Shown one piece after another: positions 44,495-54,745 of a stretch of 64,000 nt of DNA. This DNA is from Thermoanaerobaculia bacterium. Lineage in GTDB: Bacteria > Acidobacteriota > Thermoanaerobaculia > Multivoradales > UBA5704. The stretch spans positions 128,001 through 192,000 of the forward strand of contig JBGAGQ010000003.1 in assembly GCA_044226625.1 (NCBI GenBank), written 5' to 3'. The notes under the pieces are model-generated. The model worked only from the letters and a program-made list of their open reading frames with translations, was not told where the DNA came from and ran no database searches. A program made the position numbers and the translations under genes. Numbering within the stretch: the stretch's first letter is position 1; each line of letters begins with the position of its first letter.

Positions 44495-46933
44495 TCAGTC
44501 CCGCCGCAACGCCGTCAGCGGATCGAGATCCGCCGCCCGGCGCGCGGGGAGGAAGCTCGCGTACAAGGCGACCGCCGCGAGGAGCGAAGGGGCGAGGAGG
44601 AACGACAGCGGATCGGTGGCCGAGGTTCCGAACAGGAGCCCTTCGAGCCAGCGGGTGTGCACGAACGCCGCCGCGAGCCCCGCGGCGAGCCCGACGCCCG
44701 TGAGCGCCGAGGCCTGGCCGACGACCAACCCGAGCACCTGGCCGCGCCGGGCGCCGAGCGCCATGCGCACCCCGATCTCGTGGGTGCGCCGGCTCACGGC
44801 ATAGGAGATGACGCCGTAGATGCCGAGCGCGGCGAGGGCGAGCGCGAGCCCGCCGAAGAGGGAGAGGAGGAGCGCGGTGAAGCGGGGCCGGGTGACCGCC
44901 TCGGAGACCAGCTGGGAGAGCGGCGCGAGGTCCGAGATCGGCTGGGTCCGGTCGACCTCGGCGATCGCCGCGCGCACCGCCCCGGCGAGCCCCAGCGGAT
45001 TTCCGGCGGTGCGGACGAAGATCTTCATCGTCGAACGCCGGGCGATCGAGTTCGGCACGTAGAGCGCCGGGGCGGGGGGCGTCGCGAGGTTCTCGTTCCG
45101 CACGTCGCCCACCACGGCGATCACCTCGACCGGCTTGGCGCCGAACAGGAGGTGCCGGCCGACCGCATCTCCTCCCGGCCAGAGCCGTCGAGCGAGCGCC
45201 CGGTTGACGATCATCGCCGGGGGTGCCTCCACGCCATCCCGCGCGGTGAAGTCGCGGCCCGCGAGCCGCGGGATACCGAGCGCCCGGAAATAGCCTGGGG
45301 TCACGATGAACGTGCCGCCCTCTGGGGTGATCTCCTCGTCCCGCCCCTCGACCTTGAAGGAGTAGGGCTCGCCGCCGCCGCGCAGCGGTAGCGTCTTACT
45401 GCCTCCGACCGATTCGACACCCGGCAGCTCGGCGATCCGCGCGAGGAGCCGGTTCTGGTAGCGGGTCATGTCGGCCGGATCGGCGAATTTGCCATCGGCG
45501 AGGCTCACGGAGAGCGCCAACACGTGATCGGACCGGAAGCCCGGATCGACCTCGAGCAGGTTCCGGAAGCTTCGGACCAGCAGCCCCGCCCCGATCAGCA
45601 GCACGGTGGCCAGCGCCGTTTCCGCGACCACCAGCGCGCCGCGCGCGGCGCGGCCGCGCCGCCCCTCTCCTCCCCCGCGTCCCCCCTCGCGCAAGGCCTC
45701 GGGCGCCCGCGAGCTTGCGGCACGGAGGGCGGGGAGAACCCCGGAGAGCACCCCCGTCGCGATCGAGAGAGCAAGCGTGAACAGGAACACCGCGAGATCG
45801 GGGCGGATCTCCTCGGCCCGCGGCAGCTCGCGGCCGCCGAGCGCGATCAGGGCGTCGACGCCCCAACCGGCAAGGAGGAATCCGAGCCCCCCGCCGATCA
45901 GCGCGAGCAGCACGTTCTCGGTGAGGATCTGCCGCGCGAGCCGACCGCCTCCGGCACCCAGCGCGGCGCGCACCGCAAGCTCGTGCCGCCGCGTGGTCGT
46001 CCGGGCGAGCAAGAGATTCGTGAGGTTCGCGCAGGCGATCATCAGGACGAACGCCACCGCGGCGAACAGCACCAGGAGAGCCGGCCTCAGATCCCCGACC
46101 AGCGATTCGCGCAACGGCCGCACCACGGCGCGCTCCCGTTTCTCGTTGGTCTCGGGGTAGGCGCGCGCGAGCCGCGCGAACAGGGTGCTCGAGGCCGCCG
46201 TCGCCTGCTCGATCGTGGCCCCGGGGGCGAGGCGCGCCACCACCTCCATCCAGCGGAGGCCGCGCAGGTGGGGAATGTCGTCCTCACCCACTAACGAAAT
46301 CGGCGCCCAGAGATCGACCTCGCGCGTCGGCAGCACGAACGACGGGGGCATGACGCCCACCACCGTGAACGGCTCGCCTTCGAGCGTGACCTGCCGGCCG
46401 ACCACCGCCGGGCTCGCGCCGAAGCGCCGTCGCCAGAGGCCGTCGGAGAGAACCACGACGTGATCTTTGCCCACGGCGTCGTCCGATGGCTCGATCGTCC
46501 GGCCGAGCGCGGCGGGGATGCCGAGGGTCGAAAAATAGCCGCCCGAAACGGTCGCCGAATCGACGCGCTCCGGCTCGCCGTCGCCCACCAGGTTCATGCC
46601 GGTGAGCCCGGCCATGAAATGCGAGGCCGCGATCTTCGCAAACGGTGAGGGCTTCCCCGGCTTCGGGGAGAGATCGGCCACCAGGTCGTCGTAATCCTGG
46701 GGCGAAAACGCGGCCGAGATCCCGCCCGCCTGCTCCGGATCGGCGTAGTAGACGCGCACCAACCGGTCGGGCTCGGGATACGGCAGCGGCCGGAGCAGCA
46801 CGCCGTAGAGAACGCTCCAGATCGCGCTGTTGGCGCCGATCCCGAGCGCCAGGGTCGCGATCGCCACGGCGGCGAAGCCGGGGCTCTTCTTCAAGGTACG
46901 CGCCGCGTAGCGAACGTCGTCGAGCAAGGTCAT
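44495..46933 (-). CDS. ADOP-type duplicated ABC (MacB/FtsX) permease
   Basis: [29 protein letters not shown] twice, LPARRAA.LDP..ALR. Confidence 0.92.
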   Translation of the reverse strand: MTLLDDVRYAARTLKKSPGFAAVAIATLALGIGANSAIWSVLYGVLLRPLPYPEPDRLVRVYYADPEQAGGISAAFSPQDYDDLVADLSPKPGKPSPFAKIAASHFMAGLTGMNLVGDGEPERVDSATVSGGYFSTLGIPAALGRTIEPSDDAVGKDHVVVLSDGLWRRRFGASPAVVGRQVTLEGEPFTVVGVMPPSFVLPTREVDLWAPISLVGEDDIPHLRGLRWMEVVARLAPGATIEQATAASSTLFARLARAYPETNEKRERAVVRPLRESLVGDLRPALLVLFAAVAFVLMIACANLTNLLLARTTTRRHELAVRAALGAGGGRLARQILTENVLLALIGGGLGFLLAGWGVDALIALGGRELPRAEEIRPDLAVFLFTLALSIATGVLSGVLPALRAASSRAPEALREGGRGGGEGRRGRAARGALVVAETALATVLLIGAGLLVRSFRNLLEVDPGFRSDHVLALSVSLADGKFADPADMTRYQNRLLARIAELPGVESVGGSKTLPLRGGGEPYSFKVEGRDEEITPEGGTFIVTPGYFRALGIPRLAGRDFTARDGVEAPPAMIVNRALARRLWPGGDAVGRHLLFGAKPVEVIAVVGDVRNENLATPPAPALYVPNSIARRSTMKIFVRTAGNPLGLAGAVRAAIAEVDRTQPISDLAPLSQLVSEAVTRPRFTALLLSLFGGLALALAALGIYGVISYAVSRRTHEIGVRMALGARRGQVLGLVVGQASALTGVGLAAGLAAAFVHTRWLEGLLFGTSATDPLSFLLAPSLLAAVALYASFLPARRAADLDPLTALRRD

Positions 46934-47092
46934 GGGGCGCTCCTCCTTGTCGTGGTTGTCCCTAGCCTACGAAAAAGGGCCGCCCAAGGTTCCACCGTTC
47001 ATCCCGGTTCGCCGCTTGCGCGCTCCTTCGGGCTGCCCTAGGCTTCCCCCTCCCATTCCATGGTGGTGCTGTCCCTTTGGAGGAGGCTTCTC

Positions 47093-47704
47093 ATGAGCGA
47101 CCTGCCCGATACGATCGCCGAAGCGGTCGAGAACGCCGGTGACGATGCCGGTTCGTCCCTGAACTCGGTGATCGCCCTGCTGGTCGCGCTGATCGCGACC
47201 TTCATGGCCGTCTGCAACATCAAGGACGGCAACATCTGCCAGGTGATGGCGCAGCAGCAAGCGAAAGCCGTCGATTCCTGGTCGTACTACCAGGCGAAGA
47301 GCATGAAGCAAAACCTCGCCGAGAGCGTGCTCGACCAGCTCACGTTCGAGAAGGAGTCCGGCGCCGATCGCCTGGCCCCCGCCGCCGCCGCGTTGCTCGA
47401 CAAGAAGATCGCGGCTTATTCGGAGAAGGTGACGAAGTACGGCTCGGAAAAAGACGAGATCAAAGCCCAGGCCGAAGCCGCCGAGGCCGAATACGACCGT
47501 CTGGGTCTCCACGACGACCAGTTCGACATCTCCGAGGCGGCGCTGAGCATCGCGATCGCGCTGCTCGGCGTCAGCGCGCTCACCCGCAAGCGCTGGCTCG
47601 TCGGCGTAGCGCTCTTCTTCGCCATCGCCGGACTGGTCTTCGGCCTCGCGGGCTTCCTCGGCTGGGGCCTACACCCGGATGCCGTGGCGAAGATCCTGAC
47701 GTAG
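47093..47704 (+). CDS. DUF4337-type membrane protein
   Basis: GGAGGAGG RBS; DSWSYYQAKSMK, HDDQFD; 3 TM. Confidence 0.8.
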   Translation: MSDLPDTIAEAVENAGDDAGSSLNSVIALLVALIATFMAVCNIKDGNICQVMAQQQAKAVDSWSYYQAKSMKQNLAESVLDQLTFEKESGADRLAPAAAALLDKKIAAYSEKVTKYGSEKDEIKAQAEAAEAEYDRLGLHDDQFDISEAALSIAIALLGVSALTRKRWLVGVALFFAIAGLVFGLAGFLGWGLHPDAVAKILT

Positions 47705-47752
47705 AAACTCGGCACCCTCGATTCCCGTAAGGCTCCCCAGGAGGGCACGAGC

Positions 47753-47950
47753 ATGTGGACATTCCTCGCCTGGCTGATCCTTTTCCTGCTCTGCTGGCCG
47801 CTCGCGCTCTTGGCGCTGGTGCTCTACCCGTTCGTCTGGCTGCTCTCGATCCCGTTCCGGCTCGTCGGGATCACGCTCGAAGCGGTGTTCGCGTTCCTGC
47901 GCGCGATCCTCTTCCTGCCGGCCCGAGTGCTCGGGGGAGGTCGGGCTTAG
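47753..47950 (+). CDS. Small hydrophobic protein (65 aa)
   Basis: AGGAGGG RBS; LCWPLALLALVLYP..WL..PFRL pattern. Confidence 0.75.
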   Translation: MWTFLAWLILFLLCWPLALLALVLYPFVWLLSIPFRLVGITLEAVFAFLRAILFLPARVLGGGRA

Positions 47951-47957
47951 CGGTTTG

Positions 47958-48530
47958 TTACGGCGGCGTTTTCTCCGTTCGACCGGCGGAGGCCTGTCGA
48001 TCCCTTCCTGTATCACCCGGACGGTCGGACAGGTAGCGAAGGGGCTCCTCCATTCGGCGGCAATTCCGAATCTCGAGGAGGGCCTCCGACCGATCGAGCA
48101 GGAAATCGAAACGCCTGACTCCGAGACGGCTGCTCTGATCGATTTGAAGGTAGCGGACCTGGCCAGCTCGGAGGTTGAGCTGAATTCCTCCGTAATCCTG
48201 GCTCACGGTGGAATGGAATCCGCTTTTTAGAATCCAGTACGCGGAGGCCCGGATCGCGGTCGACCCAGGCGCCACGGCCACCGATGAGTAGGTACCCCTC
48301 TGTACTTCCTCGAAAGCGGCGGCCCCTACCGATACCCAAACACGTTTCATCGAGCCGGGTCCTCCAGCGGGCCAATAAACGTAGATGAGGGCCTTATCCG
48401 GAGGCGGGGCTTCAGGTCGGGCGAAGAGATCTCCCGGTCGCGCCCACGGAGGCGGCTCCTCACAGGCCCCAAGGACGCCCGCGAGCAACATCCAGGGCAG
48501 GCATCTCGACCAGATCGTGGCGCTTCTCAT
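47958..48530 (-). CDS. Putative lipoprotein (DUF2846-like)
   Basis: Lipobox LGAC; PPPDKALIYVY; lower GC than flanks. Confidence 0.6.
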   Translation of the reverse strand: MRSATIWSRCLPWMLLAGVLGACEEPPPWARPGDLFARPEAPPPDKALIYVYWPAGGPGSMKRVWVSVGAAAFEEVQRGTYSSVAVAPGSTAIRASAYWILKSGFHSTVSQDYGGIQLNLRAGQVRYLQIDQSSRLGVRRFDFLLDRSEALLEIRNCRRMEEPLRYLSDRPGDTGRDRQASAGRTEKTPP

Positions 48531-48593
48531 CGATAGCTCGCTCCCCCTATGGAGCTACGCGAGATAGGGAATCTTTGTGGCTCGACTCGATCG

Positions 48594-49850
48594 CTACGGT
48601 TTCGCCGTGCCGTAGAGAAACCGAAGCATCCCTTCAACGCGGGAGGCCCAGGAGATCTCGTCGTGTTGGCCCCCCTCCAGTTCCTCGAAGTGGAGATCGA
48701 CTCCTTCCTTCCATCCCTTCTGGATAAGCGCGTCCCGGACGCGGAGCACCGCCGCTACGTAGTCGTCCCCCTCTCCCGTCCCGACGTCGACCCAGAGGCG
48801 TAGGCGCGGTTTCTCCTTCAGACCCTCGATCGTCTTGAGCATCAGCTCGCCATCCCAACGGACCGCGGGTGAGACCGCCAGCGCGGCGCCGAAGACCTTC
48901 GGTTTCTCGAGCCCGAGCCAGAGAGAGACGAGCCCTCCGAGCGAGGCACCGCCGAGCGCCGTGTCCTCGGGGGCGCGCCGGGAACGGTAGGTTCGGTCGA
49001 TGAACGGCTTGAGCTCCTCAGCGAGGAACCGGCCGTAAAGGCCCGCCTTACCACCCACCTTTTTCATCGATCCGTCGTCGTTCTTCCAGTCGATCGGGGT
49101 CGGCGCGTACTCGTCGAAGCGGTCCTTCGTGTTGGCGACCGCGACGACGATCACCGGTTCGATACGGCCGGTCGAGATGAGCTTCTCCGCCGCCTCGTCG
49201 ACTTGCCACTCCATCCCCTGCTCGCCGCCATCGAAGACGTTCTGGCCGTCGTGGAAGTAGAGCACCGGATAGCGCCGCTTCGTCTCGCGGTCATAGCCCG
49301 GTGGCAGATAGACCTGAACGTCCCGGGTGGGAAGCAGACGGGAAGGAAACGCCGGATGCCTCCTTATCGTGCCGACCCGGGACAGCTCGGGGGGCTCGGG
49401 CGGCGAGTTGAAAGCACGCCGAACGGTCTGCGTGGCGGCGCGCAGATAGAGCAGGCGATTGGTTCCGTCCTCCCACCCATCGCCTGGCCGTTCGGGGCGC
49501 TCGATCTTGAACTTGTAGGTCACCGGCTGGCCGCCGAACGGCGCGCGCGGGAAGGCGACCTCCACCTTATAGATCCCGTCGCCGTCGGGATCGGCGGCGA
49601 GGCGCGTCTCCGACCAGCCGAGCGGCACCGTTCCGCTACGCACTCCGACGCGGTCGCTCGTTGCTTGGAACCGGCCGGCGGCGATCTCCGCACGAAGGTC
49701 GATCTCGAAAAGGACGTGGAACTCCTGCGCTCCCGGCTGAACCAGGGCGAGAACGGGCTCGGCGGCGCCGAGCGGGCGCGCTCCGATGAGGGACGGAACG
49801 GCCAGGGTGAGGGCCAGAGCGGGAAAGAAGAACGCGGGTCGACAGAACAC
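48594..49850 (-). CDS. Secreted esterase (alpha/beta hydrolase) with CBM20-like N-terminal domain
   Basis: YLPPGY, YPVLYFHDGQNVF, GASLGG, HDE..WA.R; N-terminal YKF..WE.G.NR. Confidence 0.85.
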   Translation of the reverse strand: MFCRPAFFFPALALTLAVPSLIGARPLGAAEPVLALVQPGAQEFHVLFEIDLRAEIAAGRFQATSDRVGVRSGTVPLGWSETRLAADPDGDGIYKVEVAFPRAPFGGQPVTYKFKIERPERPGDGWEDGTNRLLYLRAATQTVRRAFNSPPEPPELSRVGTIRRHPAFPSRLLPTRDVQVYLPPGYDRETKRRYPVLYFHDGQNVFDGGEQGMEWQVDEAAEKLISTGRIEPVIVVAVANTKDRFDEYAPTPIDWKNDDGSMKKVGGKAGLYGRFLAEELKPFIDRTYRSRRAPEDTALGGASLGGLVSLWLGLEKPKVFGAALAVSPAVRWDGELMLKTIEGLKEKPRLRLWVDVGTGEGDDYVAAVLRVRDALIQKGWKEGVDLHFEELEGGQHDEISWASRVEGMLRFLYGTAKP

Positions 49851-50108
49851 GGTTGGGCCCTCCTCTTGGCGAACAAAGCGACTCTTGAAGCTTATCGCAC
49901 GCGCTGATGAAGGGACCGCTTGCGGGGCAATCGCTCGATCGCTATCAATGTGTCACAGGAAGTTCACGTACGAGCTATGGACGCGCCCCCTGCCAACCGC
50001 GGTCCTTCAGCTCTTGCTGTCACTTTCTCGTGACATTTGCGACACCCGCAAGCGCGGGTCCTGCTCTAGCGTCTTCGCAGCAGCTCTTTGAGAAAGTGGG
50101 AGGCTACG

Positions 50109-50747
50109 ATGAGACTTGTGGATCCCCGTCTCCAACAGGTCAAGGCGTTGACCGCATTGATGGCTGGAATGATCAATCAAATGGCCTACCGAAGTTTCGA
50201 TGAGGCTATCTATCTCCCGTCCAGCCACGTTGTTGACTGGCTGGACCGGCAGGACGAAGAAGTGAATCGGCTCGAGGAGCACCTCGAGGCTGAAATCGCT
50301 CTGACTCTCGCCCTGCATCATTCTTACGCCAGCGACTTTCGAGTACTCCGGGCCACGATGAGCTCGACGCGTCATCTCGAACATTTAGGCGACGCCCTCA
50401 AGAGCTTCGCGCGAAGAGTGTGGGAAACCCACGATGAGTTCGGAGTGTGCTTCCATTCTGGCCTCGTTCCCCTGGTGAAAGTTACAGGAGATCTCGTGTT
50501 CAACGCGCTTCGTTCGTTAACCGAGGAGAATCCGAACTTGGCAAATCAAACCGCGCTCGAAGGCCGCTCGACCGAACACTTAGTTCGCGACTGCCTTCAC
50601 GAATTTGCAAAGAGCGACTCCAGAGAGCCTAGCAAAGGCATGCACATCCGGGCGGGGGATCAACTCTATGCCGTAGCTTTGGAGGCCAAGCGCATCGCAG
50701 ATACGGTCTCCTATTGTCTCAATGGGGACCCTCTGCAAGAGCCCTGA
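50109..50747 (+). CDS. Divergent PhoU-like protein
   Basis: D.EVN.LE, ASDFR, LEHLGD, IAD.V.Y patterns; atypically low GC. Confidence 0.6.
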   Translation: MRLVDPRLQQVKALTALMAGMINQMAYRSFDEAIYLPSSHVVDWLDRQDEEVNRLEEHLEAEIALTLALHHSYASDFRVLRATMSSTRHLEHLGDALKSFARRVWETHDEFGVCFHSGLVPLVKVTGDLVFNALRSLTEENPNLANQTALEGRSTEHLVRDCLHEFAKSDSREPSKGMHIRAGDQLYAVALEAKRIADTVSYCLNGDPLQEP

Positions 50748-50776
50748 GGTCACTATCCGATGATCGTGCCTGGAGG

Positions 50777-52365
50777 CTACCTCGCGCCCAGCACCTCCAA
50801 CCGCACCGGCTCGTCGCGGTTCAGGTAGCTCTCCCCCGCCACGTTCATGCCGGTCGCTTGGTAGTTGCGATCGGCGCGCGCTCCCCAGCCTTCGAGGACG
50901 AGGAGGGCGATCGCGACGACGCCGAGGGCGCGGAGCGCCCGGCGCGGCAGCGGCGCCTCGGCCGGCGGTAGGAGGGGGCGCTCTCGGAGCGCGAGCCGTC
51001 CGATCCCAACCAGCGCCGACGCGACCAGGACGTTCCAGAACGGCAGGTAGAGCAGCCCTTGGCGAACGTAGCCGAAGAACAGGCCGGTCGAGACGAGACC
51101 CACTCCGGTAACGAGAAGGACGACGACGCCCCACCGGCGAGCTGACCCCGGCTGCATCAATGCGAAGATCCAGCCGAGCAGCGCGAGCGGGGCGAGAATC
51201 CAGAGCGCACCCTTGCCGTCGGGGAGGAAGACGTCGACCGCGCCGCGTACGCCGGAAAGGCCGCCAGGTCGATTCCACTGCGTCCAGCCGAGCCGAAAGG
51301 CGCCGAAGAAGCGTCCCCACTTGCGCAGGAGGAGCCGACCAAAACCGCGCGGGTTCTCGCGGATCCAATCCCAGGCCATTCGATCGCCGTGGAGCAGGAA
51401 CTTCAGATGCTCCGGGTTGCGGAGGTTGAGGACGTCCGAGGTGCTCGCCGAGGCCATCAGCGAGCGGGAGAACGTACCGTCCGCCCCGGCGTGGTTCGCG
51501 AGCGCGAGGTTGATCGGTCCGTAGATCGTGATCGGCACGAAAGTCGGAAGCGGTTCCGCCGCCCCCTCGTGAGCGTTCACCTCGGAGAGGCGCAGGGCGT
51601 TGCGGAGCGTCCATGGGGCCACGACGAGAAACGCGCCGAGGAGGGCGAACGCCCACGGACGAAGCGACGCGGGATTCGACGAACGTCGCGCTCGCCAGAA
51701 ACCCAACAAGCCGATGCCGAGGAGGAGCCCGCCGACCAGGACTCCTTCCGCGCGCAGGAGGGCGAGACAACCCAAGAGCGCGCCGAGCAACAGCCCCGTT
51801 CGCCACGTGCCGGTCGCGGCACCGGGAGCGGAGAGAGGATGTTCGAGCTTGCGGGTCCAGATCCAGAGGATGAGGAGCAGCAGGGTGGCCCACGTTCCTT
51901 CCGTGACCGGGGCGACGTGGATCACGTAGAGGCCGAATGAGTAGAGCGAGAGCAGCGCTCCAAGGAGCGCCGCGAGCCGGCCGACGTAGGGCCGCGCGAC
52001 GGCGTAGAGCAGGCCGATCGAGGCGCTCGCGACGAGGGCGAGGACGGCTTTCTCGGCGAAGAATGGAACCTTGGCGCTCGCGCCTCCCGCTCCGAGAAAG
52101 GTATGCAGGCCCGCGAGCAGCCAGGCGAAGCCGGGCGGATGGAACGGAATGCCGCCGTCGTAGAGCTTGCCCTCGAGCAACGAACGGGCATATAGATAAA
52201 AGGTTTCGGAGTCTCCCTCGTAGAAGATCGTGAACGGCCAGTCGCGATCGCGGTTCGAGACGAGGAAGAAAGGTCCGCGCGCGAGCCGGACGCTCGGCGA
52301 GGCGAGGCGGGCTTCGCTCGCGGCCCCGCCACAGCTCGGGGGTCGGGTCGTTTCTTGGGGCTCAA
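50777..52365 (-). pseudogene. GT-C (ArnT/PMT-like) membrane glycosyltransferase; 5' end apparently frameshifted near 52272
   Basis: YEGDS..Y, FHPPG, TE, PWTLRN motifs in the 50777-52270 frame. That frame has no start upstream of them, while TTG 52365 (behind TGcTATCGT) is in another frame and the first TM helix is missing. Confidence 0.65.
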
Positions 52366-52426
52366 GGCGGCGCGACGATAGCAGAGGGAATCGGTAACTG
52401 ATCGGAATCTGAGAGGAAGCGAGGAA

Positions 52427-52457
52427 AGGGGGACCGCCGGCGATCGGCGGCCCCCTG
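52427..52457 (-). terminator. Terminator after protease copy 1
   Basis: Minus strand AGGGGGCCGCCG-loop-CGGCGGTCCCCCT followed by TTCC. Confidence 0.6.
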
Positions 52458-52471
52458 TCGAGCTCGATCGT

Positions 52472-54541
52472 TTACAGCGTGCAGGTCGGCCGCGCGCCGC
52501 AGGCGATGCCGTGCGCGGTGTAGGCGTCCCAGATCCTGCAGCCGTTCGGCGTGCCGTTCGCGAGGTTGCCGTCGTCGTCGTCCGCGGCCAGGAACACCGT
52601 GTACCAGTTCGACGCCGCGCAGCCGTCCACCGTCGCCGCCGGGTTGCACTTGCCTCCCGCGGCGACGCGATACGCGCTCTTGCTCGGCGTCAAGCTCTTG
52701 TACCAGATCGAATCCATGTTCGCCCAACCGGCGGTCGAGCCGTAGCGGCTGACGAGCGACTGCGCGAGATCCCAGTTCGCCGAGCTCGCGATGTAGCTCT
52801 CGCAGTGCCCTTCATAACCCATCGGTCCCTGATAGGCGCCGATGAAGATCAGCTGGAAGTAGGGGCAGGTGTAGCGGTCGCAATTGATGCCGTTGTTGTC
52901 GGCGACCGTGCTCGGCTTGGCGATCGTCTTGGTGCCCAGCGTCGAGAAATCCTGCATGTCGCGCACGCCCGTGCAGGTCGTGCAGTTCGTGCAGGTGACG
53001 CCCGGCTGGAAGTTCGGGCCGATGCAGCTGTTCTTCGTCTCGAGGAAGGCGAACGTGTCGCCCACCGCCTCGCCCGTTCCCTTGTCGCTCGCGGCGCCGC
53101 CCGAGTTGGTGTCCATCCCATGGCCCCACTCGTGGAGGAACACCGCCGCGATCTCGCCCGTGTTCGAACAGCCGCCGCCCGAGCGGTAGAAGTTCACCGT
53201 CGAGCCGTTCCAGAACGCGTTGCACGTCTGGTTGATGTTCATGTTCGCGGTGACCGTACCGTTCAACCAGGCGTTGCCGGGCAGGAAGCCGGCGGCTTTC
53301 CGGTTGATGTTGGTCAGGTGGTAGTAACCCGACCGCGTGGCGTGGGTGTTGCCCGCGCCGCCGACGCCCGGCGTCGTGCAGTCGGTGCCGCCGCTCGTGC
53401 CGAACGCGAGGTTGCCCGTCGTCGAATCCGACAGCGAGATCGCGCCGCAGTTGTCGGTCATCTTGAAATACTTACCGTTGAGCGTCGAGGTCGCCGCCCC
53501 GCCCGAGTAGGTGTAATTGCCCGCGGCGTCGGTCACCTTTGCGCCGCCGTTCGTGACGTTCGCGAACGGCAGACCGCGCACCACCTCGGGGTCCGTGTTG
53601 GTGGTCGGGAAGATCCCCCCGGTCACCTGGGCGTAGGAGTTCAAATCGACCATCTCCAGCACGCGGCCGGACTTGGCGTCGACCACCGCCTGCCAGGTCG
53701 TCGGATCGCCGTCCCGCCGGAACGCGAGACGCCACGCCAGGACGTGGCCGTAGCCCTTGCCCGGAGCGCCCGCGTAACGCATCGCCGGCGCCTCGCCGGC
53801 GGTGAGCGTCGGGTAGATCCGGAGCGCGCCCGCGTCGACGATTTCGGTCTTCTCGAACAGGCCGACACCGAGGCCGGCGAGCGCCACGGCGAACGCCTCT
53901 TCGCGGGTGATCCGAGGCCGGACGTCGAGCGTCACGTCGGCGATCTTCTCCGCGCCGAACTGCACGATGTTGCCGTTGTTGACGCGGAAGAAGACGTTCG
54001 CCCCCTCGACCGGCAGGCCGCGATAGAACTGCTGCAGCTCGATCGACCAGAAGCGGCCGTCGCCCGAGCGCGCGCTCGACGCCGCGTCGAGCCGCAGCGA
54101 GGCCGGCGCGACCCGCAGGACCTCGGGGAACCGCGCGAGGAACCCGCGCACGCGCGCTTCGACGTCGGCAAGGGTGGGATCCCGGTCGAGCTTCACGTCC
54201 TCACGGGTCAGGCGGTTGCCCTTGCCCGGCATCAGCGGTATGCCCACCCCTTCGATCAGGTTCGGCCGGCCGCTCCGCGTGTCCATCCGGACCTCCCACT
54301 CCGAGGAGTGGTTCGCGAAGAAGCGGTCGAGCGCCGCGAGGTCGGCGGCCCGCCGCGTGCCACGCTCGTAGATCGCGAGCGAAGGCGTGACGTCGAGGTC
54401 GGGGACCGAGCCCCCGCGCGCGAAGGCGGCCGGACGCGGTGCGCCGGGGGGCGCCGAGGGCGGCTGGATGGCGTGAGCGAGCGACGGCGCGAGAATCGCC
54501 GCGGCGAGGACGACGAGACTCCTCGGACACAGAGCTTTCAC
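52472..54541 (-). CDS. Secreted gluzincin metalloprotease (M4/M36-like) with propeptide, copy 1
   Basis: GGAGGA-like RBS before GTG 54541; signal peptide; FTP/PepSY-like VVDAKSG; CNAFWNG, HEWGHG, GEAVGD; Cys-rich C-terminus. Confidence 0.85.
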   Translation of the reverse strand: MKALCPRSLVVLAAAILAPSLAHAIQPPSAPPGAPRPAAFARGGSVPDLDVTPSLAIYERGTRRAADLAALDRFFANHSSEWEVRMDTRSGRPNLIEGVGIPLMPGKGNRLTREDVKLDRDPTLADVEARVRGFLARFPEVLRVAPASLRLDAASSARSGDGRFWSIELQQFYRGLPVEGANVFFRVNNGNIVQFGAEKIADVTLDVRPRITREEAFAVALAGLGVGLFEKTEIVDAGALRIYPTLTAGEAPAMRYAGAPGKGYGHVLAWRLAFRRDGDPTTWQAVVDAKSGRVLEMVDLNSYAQVTGGIFPTTNTDPEVVRGLPFANVTNGGAKVTDAAGNYTYSGGAATSTLNGKYFKMTDNCGAISLSDSTTGNLAFGTSGGTDCTTPGVGGAGNTHATRSGYYHLTNINRKAAGFLPGNAWLNGTVTANMNINQTCNAFWNGSTVNFYRSGGGCSNTGEIAAVFLHEWGHGMDTNSGGAASDKGTGEAVGDTFAFLETKNSCIGPNFQPGVTCTNCTTCTGVRDMQDFSTLGTKTIAKPSTVADNNGINCDRYTCPYFQLIFIGAYQGPMGYEGHCESYIASSANWDLAQSLVSRYGSTAGWANMDSIWYKSLTPSKSAYRVAAGGKCNPAATVDGCAASNWYTVFLAADDDDGNLANGTPNGCRIWDAYTAHGIACGARPTCTL

Positions 54542-54687
54542 GTGGTCTCCTCCCTTTCGTTGAGGGGTGGTGGCTTGCCTTAAACACCGTAGTGCTCCCC
54601 GCCGAGGAGAACGAGCCGGCCGGGAGCGAGGCATTTTGGCGCGGTGCGCCGGACCACCCTGGGCAGGCCTCGCGGCCCCCCATACGA

Positions 54688-54716
54688 GAAAGGCCGCCAC
54701 TCGAAAGCGACGGCCT
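54688..54716 (-). terminator. Terminator after protease copy 2
   Basis: AGGCCGTCGC-TTTCGA-GTGGCGGCCT-TTC on the minus strand. Confidence 0.6.
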
Positions 54717-54745
54717 CTCCCCAGTCGAGAAAGGTGCCGGAACCT

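Noticed and set aside
44495-46933. Permease lacking an ATPase partner as a novelty
   Set aside because: Orphan status is the normal, described state of the Acidobacterial ADOP family.
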